DNA of 63,268 bases, counting the filler, from Globobulimina sp. (lineage: Eukaryota): assembly GCA_003354225.1 (NCBI GenBank). It is 31 parts of 31 records of this genome, joined end to end, with 100 filler letters (N's around TTAATTAATTAA, not from the genome) between each part and the next. Parts side by side here need not be neighbours in the genome. Positions count along the whole stretch, not along the records: positions 24,539 to 26,482 come from PIVH01010338.1; positions 26,583 to 28,526 come from PIVH01010339.1; positions 28,627 to 30,570 come from PIVH01010340.1; positions 30,671 to 32,614 come from PIVH01010341.1; positions 32,715 to 34,658 come from PIVH01010342.1; positions 34,759 to 36,702 come from PIVH01010343.1; positions 36,803 to 38,746 come from PIVH01010344.1; 24 more parts are not named here. The stretch is one strand, 5' to 3'. A model generated the notes under the pieces. It saw nothing but the letters and a program-made list of their open reading frames with translations, made no database searches and was not told where the DNA came from. Shown here piece after piece: positions 24,539 through 37,057 of this stretch (within the stretch, counting starts at the first letter, position 1; each line of letters starts with the position of its first letter). Both the position numbers and the translations under genes were made by a program.

Positions 24539-26315
24539 TATTTTTGATTGATATAAGTTGAAACAGATACTCCTTTTGAAGATTCTTTTTCATATTCACT
24601 GCATATTCCACCTGATACTCCTTGATATGATGCAGTTTAATAAACAACTTGCAAATTGTGAACTCGACGACCAATCTGCATCAACATCACATTTATAAAC
24701 AGCTACAGCTCCTTCAATTTTTCCACCGAATTTAGCACTCTCAATCACATGCGTTCCATATTTTGACCAAAACGATTTGAAAATGTCAAGACTGATACAA
24801 TATATACACATCTGTATAATTTATATTTAATATCAAATAACTTGTATTCACATAACTTGATGTCTGGCTCATTAGTCATTGGTAATGATATCAAATCATT
24901 TAAAAATGAGGAACTCCAATATATGTCATTGTAACTTTCAATCGAAGCATCAGCCACAGCGCAAGTTACATGAATGGTATAAAAGTAATTTTGATCAGAA
25001 TATGCAGCAGATTTCATTTTATTTCGTGCCACAGAACTAACGCCACCAAATGCTGCAGAATCATAAATACCAAAACTTGCGGCAATGGAACTACTCTCTG
25101 TCTCTGCATATGATTCATAAGAATTGCGTGTTGTACTAAATTCTAAACTCGTTAATGCGCATTTCGAGCCTGTGGTAAATCAATAAAATAAATATTAAGT
25201 TTATATTAATTACAAATAAAATAGACACAAAATTAACTTTCTTGCAAATAAGTCTCGACATTGCTGCTTAATTTGGATGTATTTAGTATATTTGAGCCGG
25301 ACAATGTGTTTGTAAATAAATTAAAGCCTCGACAAAACTGGCCTGACCCTTCAAAATCAAATGTTGTGTATTCTACGGAGTTAAAATTAGTGGCGCCATC
25401 AGTCCCAAATGCAACAAATAATTGATTTTTGATTGCAAACACAGTGCTTCTTTGACGTTTTTGTAACTGTTGACCCGCAACAGATATAATCAATTGCGAG
25501 GGATCAAACGCATGGATATATTTATTATCCTTGTTACCGACAATATAAATAATATCATCTGATCCAACAACTGCTTGTGCATAACGCGTAGAATGCGATA
25601 ATGTTTGTGTTGTGATCTGTTGCCATTCATTTGAGCTAATTTTGCAGCGGTAAATATCATAAAGTGGAGAAACTGCGCTATGATCATCTTCTCCGCCAAA
25701 TACATAAATATAACCACTATAATAAACACATGCTGCGGTATATATGCCATCGGAATGAGGAAATGGCGCAATATCAGTTTTCCATGACAGTAGCTTTGTG
25801 TTTAATATTTGTAATGAAACAGAGGTAGTTTCGCCATCTTTTCCTCCCAATAAATAAATGTTGTTATCATCATCATGGCTGACCGTCGGTGTAATGACTG
25901 GAACGGGCATTGGCGGTATGTTATGATCAACAAAATTCTGTTGAGAAATGTCGAACAGATAAATATTTGTATTTGTTATACTACCGTCGAATGGGCCAAA
26001 TATGTATATAAATTCATCGTTTATCGTGGCAAAATTGTGATTTTGTCCAAAAAATGTTGCTGTTGGTGTTTGAATATTTATTTTTGTCCATGTCTGTGGT
26101 TCATAATAACTCCATCGATAAACATCTGTTAAATGCTGGTCATTCTCACCTAATCCTCCCATAGTGTATAAAGTGTAATTTGATGTGATTCCATAAACTT
26201 GGAAGTGAACACCATATGGAAATACAATATCATTGTTAATGCTCCATTCGAGATTGCATTTGCAGGAAATAACAAGTACACATATCAAATATTGTGAGGC
26301 TTCAACCAGCAGCAT
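24539..26315 (-). CDS. Secreted Kelch-propeller + MACPF (perforin-like) protein, 3' partial, with a 4-bp frameshift
   Basis: Hydrophobic N-terminus and Kelch blades (LYTMGG, IYIFG, IYLLGG, IYVFGG, IYIVG, LFVAFG). Introns 25170-25237 and 24792-24856 lead in frame to the MACPF signature KYGTHVIESAKFGG (24722-24760). Confidence 0.85.
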
Positions 26316-26582
26316 TTCTCAATGTACTTTTCCTTTAATTGTTTTTTCTCAGTGATTCTTCTTTGACCTTAAGCTTTCAAATTCACAATGTCAAAGTTCC
26401 GGTCACTGCTACGTAGAGCGTGTTTATCGGATTTTTTAAAAGCCACAGCACAAGATCGAAAGCCAAGCGTTTACGATGGAACNNNNNNNNNNNNNNNNNN
26501 NNNNNNNNNNNNNNNNNNNNNNNNNNTTAATTAATTAANNNNNNNNNNNNNNNNNNNNNNNNNNNNNNNNNNNNNNNNNNNN

Positions 26583-26760
26583 TGGTGATTCGTACGCTGC
26601 CACCGGGCAAAAGGGGGCGAGTTCGGAGGAAGTTTGGACGCCGTAGCATATTTGGCGGCATATTGGTGGTGATTCGTACGTAGCCACCGGGTAAAAGGAA
26701 GGGGAGACGGTGGTGGGATACGTAGCATATTTTGCACCGTAGGAGGGGGAGACGGTGGTG
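26583..26760. repeat. GC-rich degenerate tandem repeat (about 40-45 bp subunits in an AB-AB pattern)
   Basis: TGGTGATTCGTACG..GCCACCGGG x2, CGTAGCATATTT x2, GGGGAGACGGTGGTG x2. GC content is far above the surrounding sequence. Confidence 0.75.
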
Positions 26761-26806
26761 CTTTTTATTATAGGCAAAAAAAGAAAAAAGCACATCAAAA
26801 ATAATA

Positions 26807-27607
26807 TTATTTAGAAGCAATCTTTTTTTTTAATACTTTTATTTTTTTGGTTTGTATTTTAATCGTTTTCCTCAATTTTTTATTTGTTTTCTGTAATTTT
26901 ATACAATTTTTACACTGCCGCTTTTTTCTTATTATTTGTATTTGCACTGCCGCTTTTTTCTTTTTTTTGTTTTTATTATTTGTATTTGCATGGCTTTGAT
27001 TTAACAGTTCTGAAAATATTATTTCTTGATCTATAGCTATATTGCTTGTGTTTTCTAATTCATGTTCAGTATATGCTGTTTGTTCAATATCCGATGTTTG
27101 TTCAATATCCGATGTTTGTTCAATATCCGATGTTTGTTCAATTGAATTTTCTTTTCGATTGTTATGATTGCGATTATTGTTATGATTGCGATTATTGTTA
27201 TGATTGCGATTATTGTGATACTGTTCATATGTAACCAACCCGCGCTTCCTCCACTGAGTCAAGACTGTATCGATGTTTGTCATTCTAAATTGATCATTTC
27301 TCTCTTTTTTTTTGTTCGCATTGATTACTTCTTTTAAACCGTCAAAGGTATATACGCAATAGAACCGACAATAAACAGCAAATCTTCGATATTTCATAAC
27401 TTCCAAGTCTCTTTCTGCCACAATTTTATCATAATATTCTTGTGCTGAAATATTAGATTTATTTTGTTCTTTGTGCTCGCCATGAATCGCGTCAAACTGA
27501 TTCGCTTTTGTACCAATTTCAAGCCATTTTTTATATGTTTCATCAATTGAATGATGCATAGCATTCGCAGCGAGTATTATTTCTTGTGCTCGATCTTCTG
27601 CAGACAT
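26807..27607 (-). CDS. Hypothetical protein with peptide repeats and basic C-terminus
   Basis: Intronless 266-aa ORF with NNRNHN x3 and IEQTSD x3. Confidence 0.55.
   Translation of the reverse strand: MSAEDRAQEIILAANAMHHSIDETYKKWLEIGTKANQFDAIHGEHKEQNKSNISAQEYYDKIVAERDLEVMKYRRFAVYCRFYCVYTFDGLKEVINANKKKERNDQFRMTNIDTVLTQWRKRGLVTYEQYHNNRNHNNNRNHNNNRNHNNRKENSIEQTSDIEQTSDIEQTSDIEQTAYTEHELENTSNIAIDQEIIFSELLNQSHANTNNKNKKKKKAAVQIQIIRKKRQCKNCIKLQKTNKKLRKTIKIQTKKIKVLKKKIASK
27077..27216. repeat. Two adjacent 18-bp coding minisatellites
   Basis: TGTTTGTTCAATATCCGA x3+ and TTGTTATGATTGCGATTA x3. Confidence 0.9.
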
Positions 27608-27647
27608 TTTCGTGTTACCTTTTTTTTAGGTCGTCTATCTTTGAAAC

Positions 27648-28475
27648 ATGGGCAACACAGTTAACCTTGGACTTACGCTAAACGCAGATTCGTCAACGAT
27701 AGACGACAACACAGGTGACACTACAGAAACAAAAGTAGATTCACCAAACGCAACCACAAAGTCGTATATATCATATTTCAGAAAAGATGCAGCCGTTCCG
27801 CATTTACCAATTGTACATATAAGAAATCCATATCTCATCAATCCATTATCATCAAATTCATTATTTTATCATGTCTATGTATCATCATATATAGATTTTT
27901 TATGCAATAAAATGACACAGCAAATGGGACGTGACAACAACATACATTATTCATATAATACTGACGCATCGCAGCCATTCACAGTCGACACAGAAGATGA
28001 CGAATTTAAATATATATATAACACCAACGGAGATTCCAATCTCTTAACAAAATGTGTTGCTGATAAATGTGATGTAACTGGGGACAGAACCTTGCATGGA
28101 CGCATATTTTCGTTTAAAACTAAAAAGGAACAAAGAGAGACAACGCACGATTTTATTTTGAACTCCGACAAACGATTGTATTTATATATTGATAACAAAT
28201 ATTGCTATGAAGAAAAAAATATATTATTTCGGGGGTTTTGGGGGGAAAAATCCCTAATATTAATGTTATATCAGTTTATGAAACATATACAAAAAAAGGA
28301 GCAATATTACATTTCAACGCTATTCATTTGCTTTAAATATGACCCGGTGTTCATTCTTCAAACATTCAAAATATGCGGTGTCTCAATTGCCGCATTGAAA
28401 CAGGCAGATATATTTTTAAAAATATCCACAGAGTATGTGACTCATCCAGACTGTGTAGTATATTTTCGTTTTTAA
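27648..28475 (+). CDS. Hypothetical protein
   Basis: 275-aa ATG-initiated ORF; no family recognised. Confidence 0.5.
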   Translation: MGNTVNLGLTLNADSSTIDDNTGDTTETKVDSPNATTKSYISYFRKDAAVPHLPIVHIRNPYLINPLSSNSLFYHVYVSSYIDFLCNKMTQQMGRDNNIHYSYNTDASQPFTVDTEDDEFKYIYNTNGDSNLLTKCVADKCDVTGDRTLHGRIFSFKTKKEQRETTHDFILNSDKRLYLYIDNKYCYEEKNILFRGFWGEKSLILMLYQFMKHIQKKEQYYISTLFICFKYDPVFILQTFKICGVSIAALKQADIFLKISTEYVTHPDCVVYFRF

Positions 28476-28631
28476 TTTGATTGCAAAAATATACAGTTAT
28501 AATTATAACACCAAGAAGCAATTCAANNNNNNNNNNNNNNNNNNNNNNNNNNNNNNNNNNNNNNNNNNNNTTAATTAATTAANNNNNNNNNNNNNNNNNN
28601 NNNNNNNNNNNNNNNNNNNNNNNNNNCAAAA

Positions 28632-29341
28632 ATGCCACCAGCAATCCAAGAATTCATAAAAAAGAAACGCCAAACGTATGAATTGGACAAAGAACATTGG
28701 CAACCAATGGAAGAAGTGTTCGAAACAACGAAGAAATCGTTTGCTTCCGAAAAAGACCCGAATCATTATAAACCATCCAATCGAAAAGAAATGAAAAGAA
28801 TATTAACATCAAATGAACCAGCACGAGAATATTTTCGCATCCTTGAAACAAAACATACATTCAACGCCTTAATTAAGGCGATCATTAGTATGGGCGGTGT
28901 ACCTTATTCTCCTCGAAAAAATGCCATGCTACCTGGAGTTAAAAAGGTGCGTTCATGGCCCGCAGGAGTCATTGGGATGGGAGGCAAAATATGGAGGAAA
29001 CATTGCAATGAGGCACAGTTCCGTGTTGTTTTAACCTGTGTCTCTATTGGAGAACAGTATGGGAAATATTTGGGCAAAGATTATTCCTCAATATGTCTGA
29101 ACCATAACTTTCAATGTGCAGAACATATTGATAAAAATAATCGAGACTTAAATCATTTGGTGTTTCATTTGGCAGTTTTTGTGGAGTTGGTAACTTAAAT
29201 GTGAATGGTAAATAGATGGATATTAAAAACAAACTAACGAGCTTTGATGCAAAGCAAAGACATTGGGTAGAACCTTGGAAAGAAGGAGATCGATATTCAC
29301 TCATTTTTTTTACAAACAAGTACTATAAATACATTGAATAA
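28632..29341 (+). pseudogene. 2OG-Fe(II) dioxygenase, TET/JBP-like, disrupted
   Basis: YSSICLNHNFQCAEHIDKNN (HxD), then a -1 frameshift near 29146, SFGVSFGSFCG, an in-frame TAG at 29213-29215, and FDAKQRHWVEPWKEGDRYSLIFF (distal His and RxS). Confidence 0.78.
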
Positions 29342-30672
29342 CTTGATTGTTGCAAATGTTTTTGCTTGAGGTAAGCAGTTGCTAATTACAATTTTTTATC
29401 GGTAGCATCTGAGAGAATTGTACTCTAAGTTGTTGATTCATGAGGTTTAGTATATTGCGCACAATTCTATCTGTTGTTTTTGTTAATCCAACAAACTGTT
29501 CTTTACATAATCATTAAATAGTTAACTACAAAACTTTTTGAGAATTCGATGATTTAAAAAAAAAACATTTGAAAATCACCGAACAAAGTCCAATCTAAAA
29601 ATGTCCTCAATAATTTTTTGGTGTTTTTTGTAATACTCTTCATTTTGCCAGCCACAAACAAACGTTTTTAACACGTGGTTTTTAATGTTTGTAATGTTAT
29701 ATCTTCAGTCACATTACAGAGTTGAAGTTTTTCATGTTAATCATTAAGCTTCATTTCATGTTGACATGAAAAACGCTTTGCGGGGATGCTTTTTGACTTC
29801 CACATTGCTAGTCCACAACAGAGAAACTTCCACAATGCCGATCCGCAAAAAATACGCCCACAAACCGAAACCTATCTTTCTCCATCAATCTCCAACATTT
29901 ACACAAATTTGTTACTTTCCAGTATTGTTCAACGACTTGTTGGTTAATGTTACCAAGTACATTATTAAATTGTGTTTTAAATTTAGATAAATATGGATGA
30001 AATAATCCTGTACTTTCATCATTATTTTTGTGATGTAATGATGATTTTTGTGATGATGATAAATTAGGATTTTCAAGGTTTATCTCAGCCGATACAGAAC
30101 GTAATGGATATTTTGCAGATCATAAAATATAAGGCAATTAATTGAAATTCAAACGGTCAACGAAAATGATTAAATAAAAAAAGAATGTGTTACTTACAGT
30201 TCTATTTAATCAATTTAAAAAAAAAGAATGATTTAATCAATTTTAACAGTTCTATTTAATCAATTTCTATTAACGTGTTACAGTAATAAAAAAAGAATGA
30301 TTTAATCAATTTTAACCCATGAACATCACCATTCATTGCAATGGTTAACTCTCTCTCTCTCTCACGCTCTTTAAATAATTTACCTATTACATCCCTATTA
30401 TCAATATCGTAATCATAAAATAAATATTCTTTTCCTTTATTACCAACTGTCAATAATGGTAAATTTGGTTTATAATTACCATCTTCTTCATATTCATTAT
30501 CATCACATTTATTATCAATATCCATATCATGTCCAAATACATTAAATTTTTCCTTAATATTCCTTAACAGNNNNNNNNNNNNNNNNNNNNNNNNNNNNNN
30601 NNNNNNNNNNNNNNTTAATTAATTAANNNNNNNNNNNNNNNNNNNNNNNNNNNNNNNNNNNNNNNNNNNNCA

Positions 30673-32614
30673 AAAACGCGTGGTTCGCCACCAACTTTTA
30701 CCCACATATATGATGATATACATTCATTTAAAGATGATTTACAACCAATAAATGGAACGTTATTATTTGGAAATGGTGATATCGTGTTATCATTTTCATG
30801 GCTATTTTTATCCTATGATGTATCAAATAATTTATTACCATTCTTACATGATTTTGGTAGAAATACATTGATGTTGAATGAATATTTATCGATGAGTTCA
30901 TGGAATGTGGTCTATGGCCAACAATTTGTTGGCGAATATATCCATAGCGGATTAATCCAATTATACTCAAAAAATGAGATGATTTCAATCAGTTTAAACC
31001 GAATGAAAGATGAAATTTTGAGAGTAATCAATGATCAAAACCTACGATATTTAAATAATAAAAATAATGAAACGCAAAAATTAATTCAAGAATTACAAAG
31101 ACAAAAAAGAGTCATTTCGGAAAAATTTGTATTATTTACACAAAGAAGTGAAATGTATAAAGAATTTGTTTTTGATGATACAATAAATTGGAACACAATA
31201 AATGCATTAAATGATACTGTTCGCGATATAATGGCATTGCTATTTGCTCAAACAATGGATTTTGAAGAAATTGTTCGATTTTTAGGATGTTGGTATTGTA
31301 GTTATGCACGTTATTATTTATTAGATGAATTTAATGATTTTATTAAGCAAGAAACAAATGTTTGTATTCCATTTCAACATATTGGCGGTTTAGATATTGT
31401 TGAAAAAACAAATAAAATTATAAAATTCGTTAAATTATTAATACCGAAAGTCAATAAAATTAAAAATGAATTTGGAATGAAATTAAGTAGGACCTTATTA
31501 ATGGACATAAATCATATCATTTCGGATAAATTAAAGCATGCAAAAAATACTAATAAAACAATGATTGAATTTGAATTAAAACCGTCAGATTTAATATTAT
31601 TTTATGATAAGTTAGAAAATATAAAATTGGTTGAAATATTAATTGAGTTTTTAAACGTTGATGGTGAGGCACTAAATAATTTGGATTATAATATGTCATT
31701 AAATTCACCATATTATGTTTATAAAAATAATAAATCATTTTCATTTAAAATGAATACATATTCAGTCAAAGCCTATCATCACAAATTTGACATTTTTCAG
31801 TTTCATCAACAAACAGTATTTAATGATTGGTTCGAACAACATATAAAACAAGCAAATATAAGTCAGGTCAGTCAAATAACCCAAGCAACACCGCAGCATT
31901 TATTATTATTATCTGGTAACGTTGCAATATTTAATCGTTTTAAATTTAATCATAATTTGCATCTTCCAGCACCTTTTTGTAAATATAAAATACAATTTAA
32001 ACAATTGAATAAAATGAAAGAATTAAGTAAAATAAAAATTGGATTTGTTATTGTTGCTGATCCAATATCTCCTCCGTTTAAACCAAATTTAACACAAATT
32101 TTTGCAAATGTTGAATGGAAATATGATAAGTGGAAAAGTATAAATATGACAAATGAAGAAAATGAAATTGAGACGAGAGAATATCGAAATGTTTGGTGTC
32201 AAAATAGCAGCAATGTAGGCGGTGATATTATTGTTAGTGATATGTTTTGTGCCCATTTAGACGCCAAACCAATAAGTTTAAAAGATATTATTTATAAAGT
32301 TGAGTGGATTGAGGTTAATTCATCGACACCGCAGACACCGAATATTGACGATATTCCAATGATACATCCAGACTCATTAAAAACTGGTGTTACAAACTAT
32401 GAACATAATCCGATACAAAATGAAACAAATACAAATGTCAATGGACAATTTAATCGGTGGATATCTGCATTCGTAATAATATTAATTGTGCTGTGTATAG
32501 GATTTCCATTATTATGGATTTGGAGGAAAATATTTCATCAGGACAAAATGTATCAAATTCAGTTTGATGCTCAGTTTCAACAGCAACAAAAATATATACA
32601 ACCATCGAAATATT
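30673..32614 (+). CDS. Large hypothetical protein fragment with C-proximal TM helix
   Basis: Frame open across the whole contig. TM: WISAFVIILIVLCIGFPLLWIW. Confidence 0.6.
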
Positions 32615-32714
32615 NNNNNNNNNNNNNNNNNNNNNNNNNNNNNNNNNNNNNNNNNNNNTTAATTAATTAANNNNNNNNNNNNNNNNNNNNNNNNNNNNNN
32701 NNNNNNNNNNNNNN

Positions 32715-34658
32715 CTCTATGCCGCCAATACTTATTAATTTCATTCAATAATTGTAAAAATGACATTATTATTGGTAAAATTATAAAAAATAAAGCAAGA
32801 ATAAATAATACTAAAAATACGTCCTTTTTATCATTCATTTTCTGACTAATTACAACTGAAAAAAAAATATCTGATAATACATCAAATATTTGAAACATTG
32901 CCACAAATACTGATGAAATAGTAAAAAAATCATTTGGTCGAAAGAATCGTGAATCAATATAGCCGATAATACCAATACATAACATACTTAATGCTGTTAT
33001 TAAACATACCAATCCATAAATATTTATTGTCTTACTACCATTACCAACACTCGCTTTTAATCCACCATCATTGGTACTATCTGCGTCTTGAGTTGTTGTT
33101 ATATTTTCGACTTCTCCCTCTTTGTTTGGTGCTTTTGTTGGTATCTTACTTACAATTGGTTGCAGTGTGGGAGATTTGGTTGGAATAAATGTTGGTGGAC
33201 TTGATGGTGTCGTTGGGTTAGAGGTTGGCACATTGGTTGGATTTATAGTTGGATAAAATGTTGGATACGTTGTTGGGTACAATGTTGGAATGAAGGTAGG
33301 ATTATTTGTAGGATGGAATGTTGGATTATATGTTGGATGTGCTGTTATTGGACTGAGTGTGGGTATCGTTGTTGGTTCCGGTGTTGTTGGCACTAAATAG
33401 CAACGTGCAATAAGATAGTAATTGAATAAATCTTTGAAGAGTGTTTCCAATGTAATCTTATAAATGTCATACCTGTACATTCCCAACCCATTGGGATAGC
33501 GGCAAATGAATTTGTATCCCTATTACATGGATCAGGGCCTAACATACAACGCAGCATTTCTGTCGTCTCCACAGCAGGGCATAAACTCCAGTCCGTAACA
33601 TCAGAGAGTGGAATGGTGAATGGCTCATCTACGCAATATGGGGACGTTTCTATTGTCAATCCGGAAATAAAGGTCTTCAGTATATAAGCAGCCGGTGGAT
33701 AAAATAATTCGCCATCGGGATTCAAAGGTTCTGCAGCAAGATCACCATAACATTCAAATAATTGTGTCGGTGAGTAACCCCAACATGCATTATATGTATT
33801 TGATTGATAAGCAATTGATATGTGGGTAGGTGATGGCGATGGGAATATATCTTTGCATGCAACTTCTGCCAATTCATCCACTTGATTTGGGTATGGACCG
33901 TCATTACCTGTGTTCACATTGTCTGCTAAAATATATGCGGCAGCATAGGTATTCCATGTAGGTGCTGGAACTGTGAAAGGAGCGGGTGTTCGGTATTCCA
34001 GTTCAGTACTTTCTAGATATTGTAAGCCAAATCCTTTCGTAATTTGGGTCATTCGAAATTTGTTTGGTCCCGGTTTGGAATCTAACTGAAAAAATAATGG
34101 ATTTACTGTCCAAACATATTGATATATTCCCGATGCACCTTCAGATAAAAAATTGCCACCTCGCAAATCAACTGCCCAGAATTGATCAGTATCAATGTCT
34201 TTTAATTTTATATAATTGTATGCATATAATATGTACAAACAGAAACACAAAATACAATGGAAACGTGCCTGACGTAGTACTGGTTAAATCAATCGAATTG
34301 TTATCAAATGCAAACGTGATCCATCTCGGCGGGATTCCCGTTGTATCTCCAGAATGTTGGAAACTTGGATCTGCAGTAAATCCTAAACTATAAAAAACAT
34401 AAAATTAAATACATGGCACTCACAGCACGCGTTTTCGCATTCAAAATATGTAAATACGAACCTTATGGATGAGATGGCAGGGACTGCTGAACTGATATCA
34501 GAAAGATCAATGATAATATATTGGCTGAATGGCGCCCAGCATTTCCTTGAATCCGTATTGTCCCCCTTTGGTAAGGTAGCAGTTGGTGTTGGTGTCGAAG
34601 TCCATAATGTCCCATCATCGGTATCCAATAAATTTGCTATTCCACCACCATCGTCAGG
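32715..34658 (-). CDS. Multi-exon surface protein with Cys-rich ectodomain, PT-repeat stalk and several TM helices (partial)
   Basis: PTxxPT repeats at about 33130-33390, intron 33393-33472 (GTATGA...TTTAG), and three TM segments. Confidence 0.7.
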
Positions 34659-34758
34659 NNNNNNNNNNNNNNNNNNNNNNNNNNNNNNNNNNNNNNNNNN
34701 NNTTAATTAATTAANNNNNNNNNNNNNNNNNNNNNNNNNNNNNNNNNNNNNNNNNNNN

Positions 34759-36173
34759 AGAAATTTGTATATAGCCTAATTGCGATAATTTATGTATGAC
34801 CGGACTCTGTAAAGCTTGACTGTGTCGATCTACACTCATTCTATCTTTTCGTCTGCTCCTTTGCCTTTGGATGCGCATCGCCTTTATTCTCGTTTTTGTA
34901 TCTTCGTTATGTACATTGCCCAGCGCCTCATCATCGACTCGCAACTCTTCAGCTTTTATTTCCAAATTGTCTTCTTCCTCATCGATATCACTGCCCATTT
35001 TTGCATTTGGGTCGATTACTTCTGGCGAAAATAGTATATTTAGCGTCTCTGGCGCTAATTGTTTGGACAACTTCTCCTTCATTTTCTGCCTCTTTTTTTG
35101 CGCTAGATATGTTCAGGCAATTTGCGTGTATTTACAGTTGGCATTTTTACAGGCTGCCATGCTCAGATGATTTTAAGTGAACTGTTACTTACTCAAAAAA
35201 TCATCACAATCATGACAACACTTTGAAAAGTGTTTTTCAGTGCGAATTTGCATATGTTTAAGTATCTGATTTGTAAACTTACACAAACATACATACCTAA
35301 TTTCATTTGCATTTTCTTTTCCTTTCGTCTTTTCTTCCGTGCTTTTTCTTTTTTTTTCCTATGTTTCTCCTTCAATCTCTGCTTATTTTTCCTTCGATGT
35401 TGATTGATATAATTTGGATTTTTTATACTTTTGACCTTCCTTTGTTTCGTAATATCAGTCTCAATCATTCCCATTGGATACGGCTGTCTTGGTTCAAACG
35501 GTAACTTTCCATCAAAATATCCACTCATAAATTCATGCAAAACCTCATTATTAAACTTATGGAATAAATGTTCCATTTCACGCATATCGATATCATAGTC
35601 ATCGGGGTTCAATCCACCATCATCTTTCTCGTCATTTAACTTCAAAATATCAAATAATTGAAATTTTTCACACTCTCTATTACTTTTTGTAAGGTCTTTG
35701 GAAGTTAATTTTTTGTTACACATCAATTGCGATAATTTATCACATTCTGTTTCATTTTCAATCAGTAACTGTATGAAGTTGCCGTTTGCCATATTTTCAT
35801 ATTCGGATAAAATTAATTGTTTGCCATCTTCGTTAGAGTCTATATTAGTGATTGATGGCCGGTGCCATATATCGATATATTCATCGTCATCGTCCTCGTC
35901 ATCATCGTCTTCGTCTTGTAATTTTGGGCGTGCTTTTCTTTTAACTTTGAAACGTTGGTTAGCGCGGTAACGGACATTGTCCTCTGTTCGGAAGCGAGGT
36001 AAAGTTGTGATGGTTTTGACCGATGGACGGTGTGGGTCTTCGCTTTGGTTTTCTTGAATCGGCTGTAATGATAAGTTCATTGGGGAGGTGACTCGGCCGT
36101 ATTGTGTTGGTGGGTTCATGGAGAGATTGGATACATCGATTTCTTCTTCTTCTTCGTGTTGTGGTGGTAGCAT
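34759..36173 (-). CDS. Hypothetical multi-exon protein with acidic and basic tracts
   Basis: ORFs 35193-36173 and 34759-35082 on the same strand with intron-like sequence between. Exon boundaries not resolved. Confidence 0.45.
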
Positions 36174-36802
36174 GATTCGTCTATGAGATGCGAAAATCCT
36201 TCAAGAAAATACTTAACTCACAAGAAATGTTTCAATCAATTGGGAATTGGTTATATCGACATAACCGATGTACACTCATTCAATGCGTTTGCTTTCAATG
36301 AGGGATTTGCGTTTGCACAGTTTATGGAAGTTAATTATTGAAAGATAATGATTTCTCAAATTAAATCGTCGCCACATTTAAATAATACTTTGGTGCTCGT
36401 GAGGCGGTAATAATAGAATATAATCAATTGCAACAATTAATATTATAGTAATTATTTTATGGTCACAATGAAGATGGATATGGATTAGCGAATGTTGAAA
36501 ATTGTATGGATATCATATCATTGGAAATATTCAACAAATGGAAAGTATAATGGCATCATCAAACAATCGGATGAATAGAATAAAACTATTTTAGGTGATA
36601 CACAAAATCATATTTCCATCCGTCTTAGGCGTTTTTGCCACAGTACTAACTTCAAAACTATTTACTTATTTTGCCACGTGTACCTTGCCACCATCGCAGT
36701 TTNNNNNNNNNNNNNNNNNNNNNNNNNNNNNNNNNNNNNNNNNNNNTTAATTAATTAANNNNNNNNNNNNNNNNNNNNNNNNNNNNNNNNNNNNNNNNNN
36801 NN

Positions 36803-37057
36803 GATGTCATTGATTTTACCATCAATGTTTTGAGCATGTTCGTTTGCACTTACTTCACCAACAGCAGCAAAATCTGCATTAAAAGTATAAGTAGTGTTTG
36901 ATCTAGCAGTTTCTCTACCAAGTGCTATTGCTCTATAATCTCTTCGTTTTGCATGTTCATCACCAACCTGTCTGATAAGATGATCATGTACATCACCAAG
37001 ACCAGTACTAGAAAGTGTCAATGCAGTCATATCAGTAAAAGTATAACCTAAAGGCAT
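36803..37057 (-). CDS. Possible phage major capsid protein fragment (chimeric segment)
   Basis: GYTFTDMTALTLSSTGLGDVHDHLIRQVGDEHAKRRD resembles the HK97-fold/N4-gp56-type pattern TD..L.S..GD....RQ.G...A...D. Confidence 0.4.

Noticed and set aside
26583-26760. CRISPR array
   Set aside because: There is no constant repeat with unique spacers, the units are degenerate, and no cas genes are present.
30170-30320. Interleaved duplications (ACAGTTCTATTTAATCAATTT x2, AAAAAAAGAATGATTTAATCAATTTTAAC x2) as a regulatory array
   Set aside because: Only two copies each in AT-rich DNA next to a truncated ORF, which slippage or template switching explains better.
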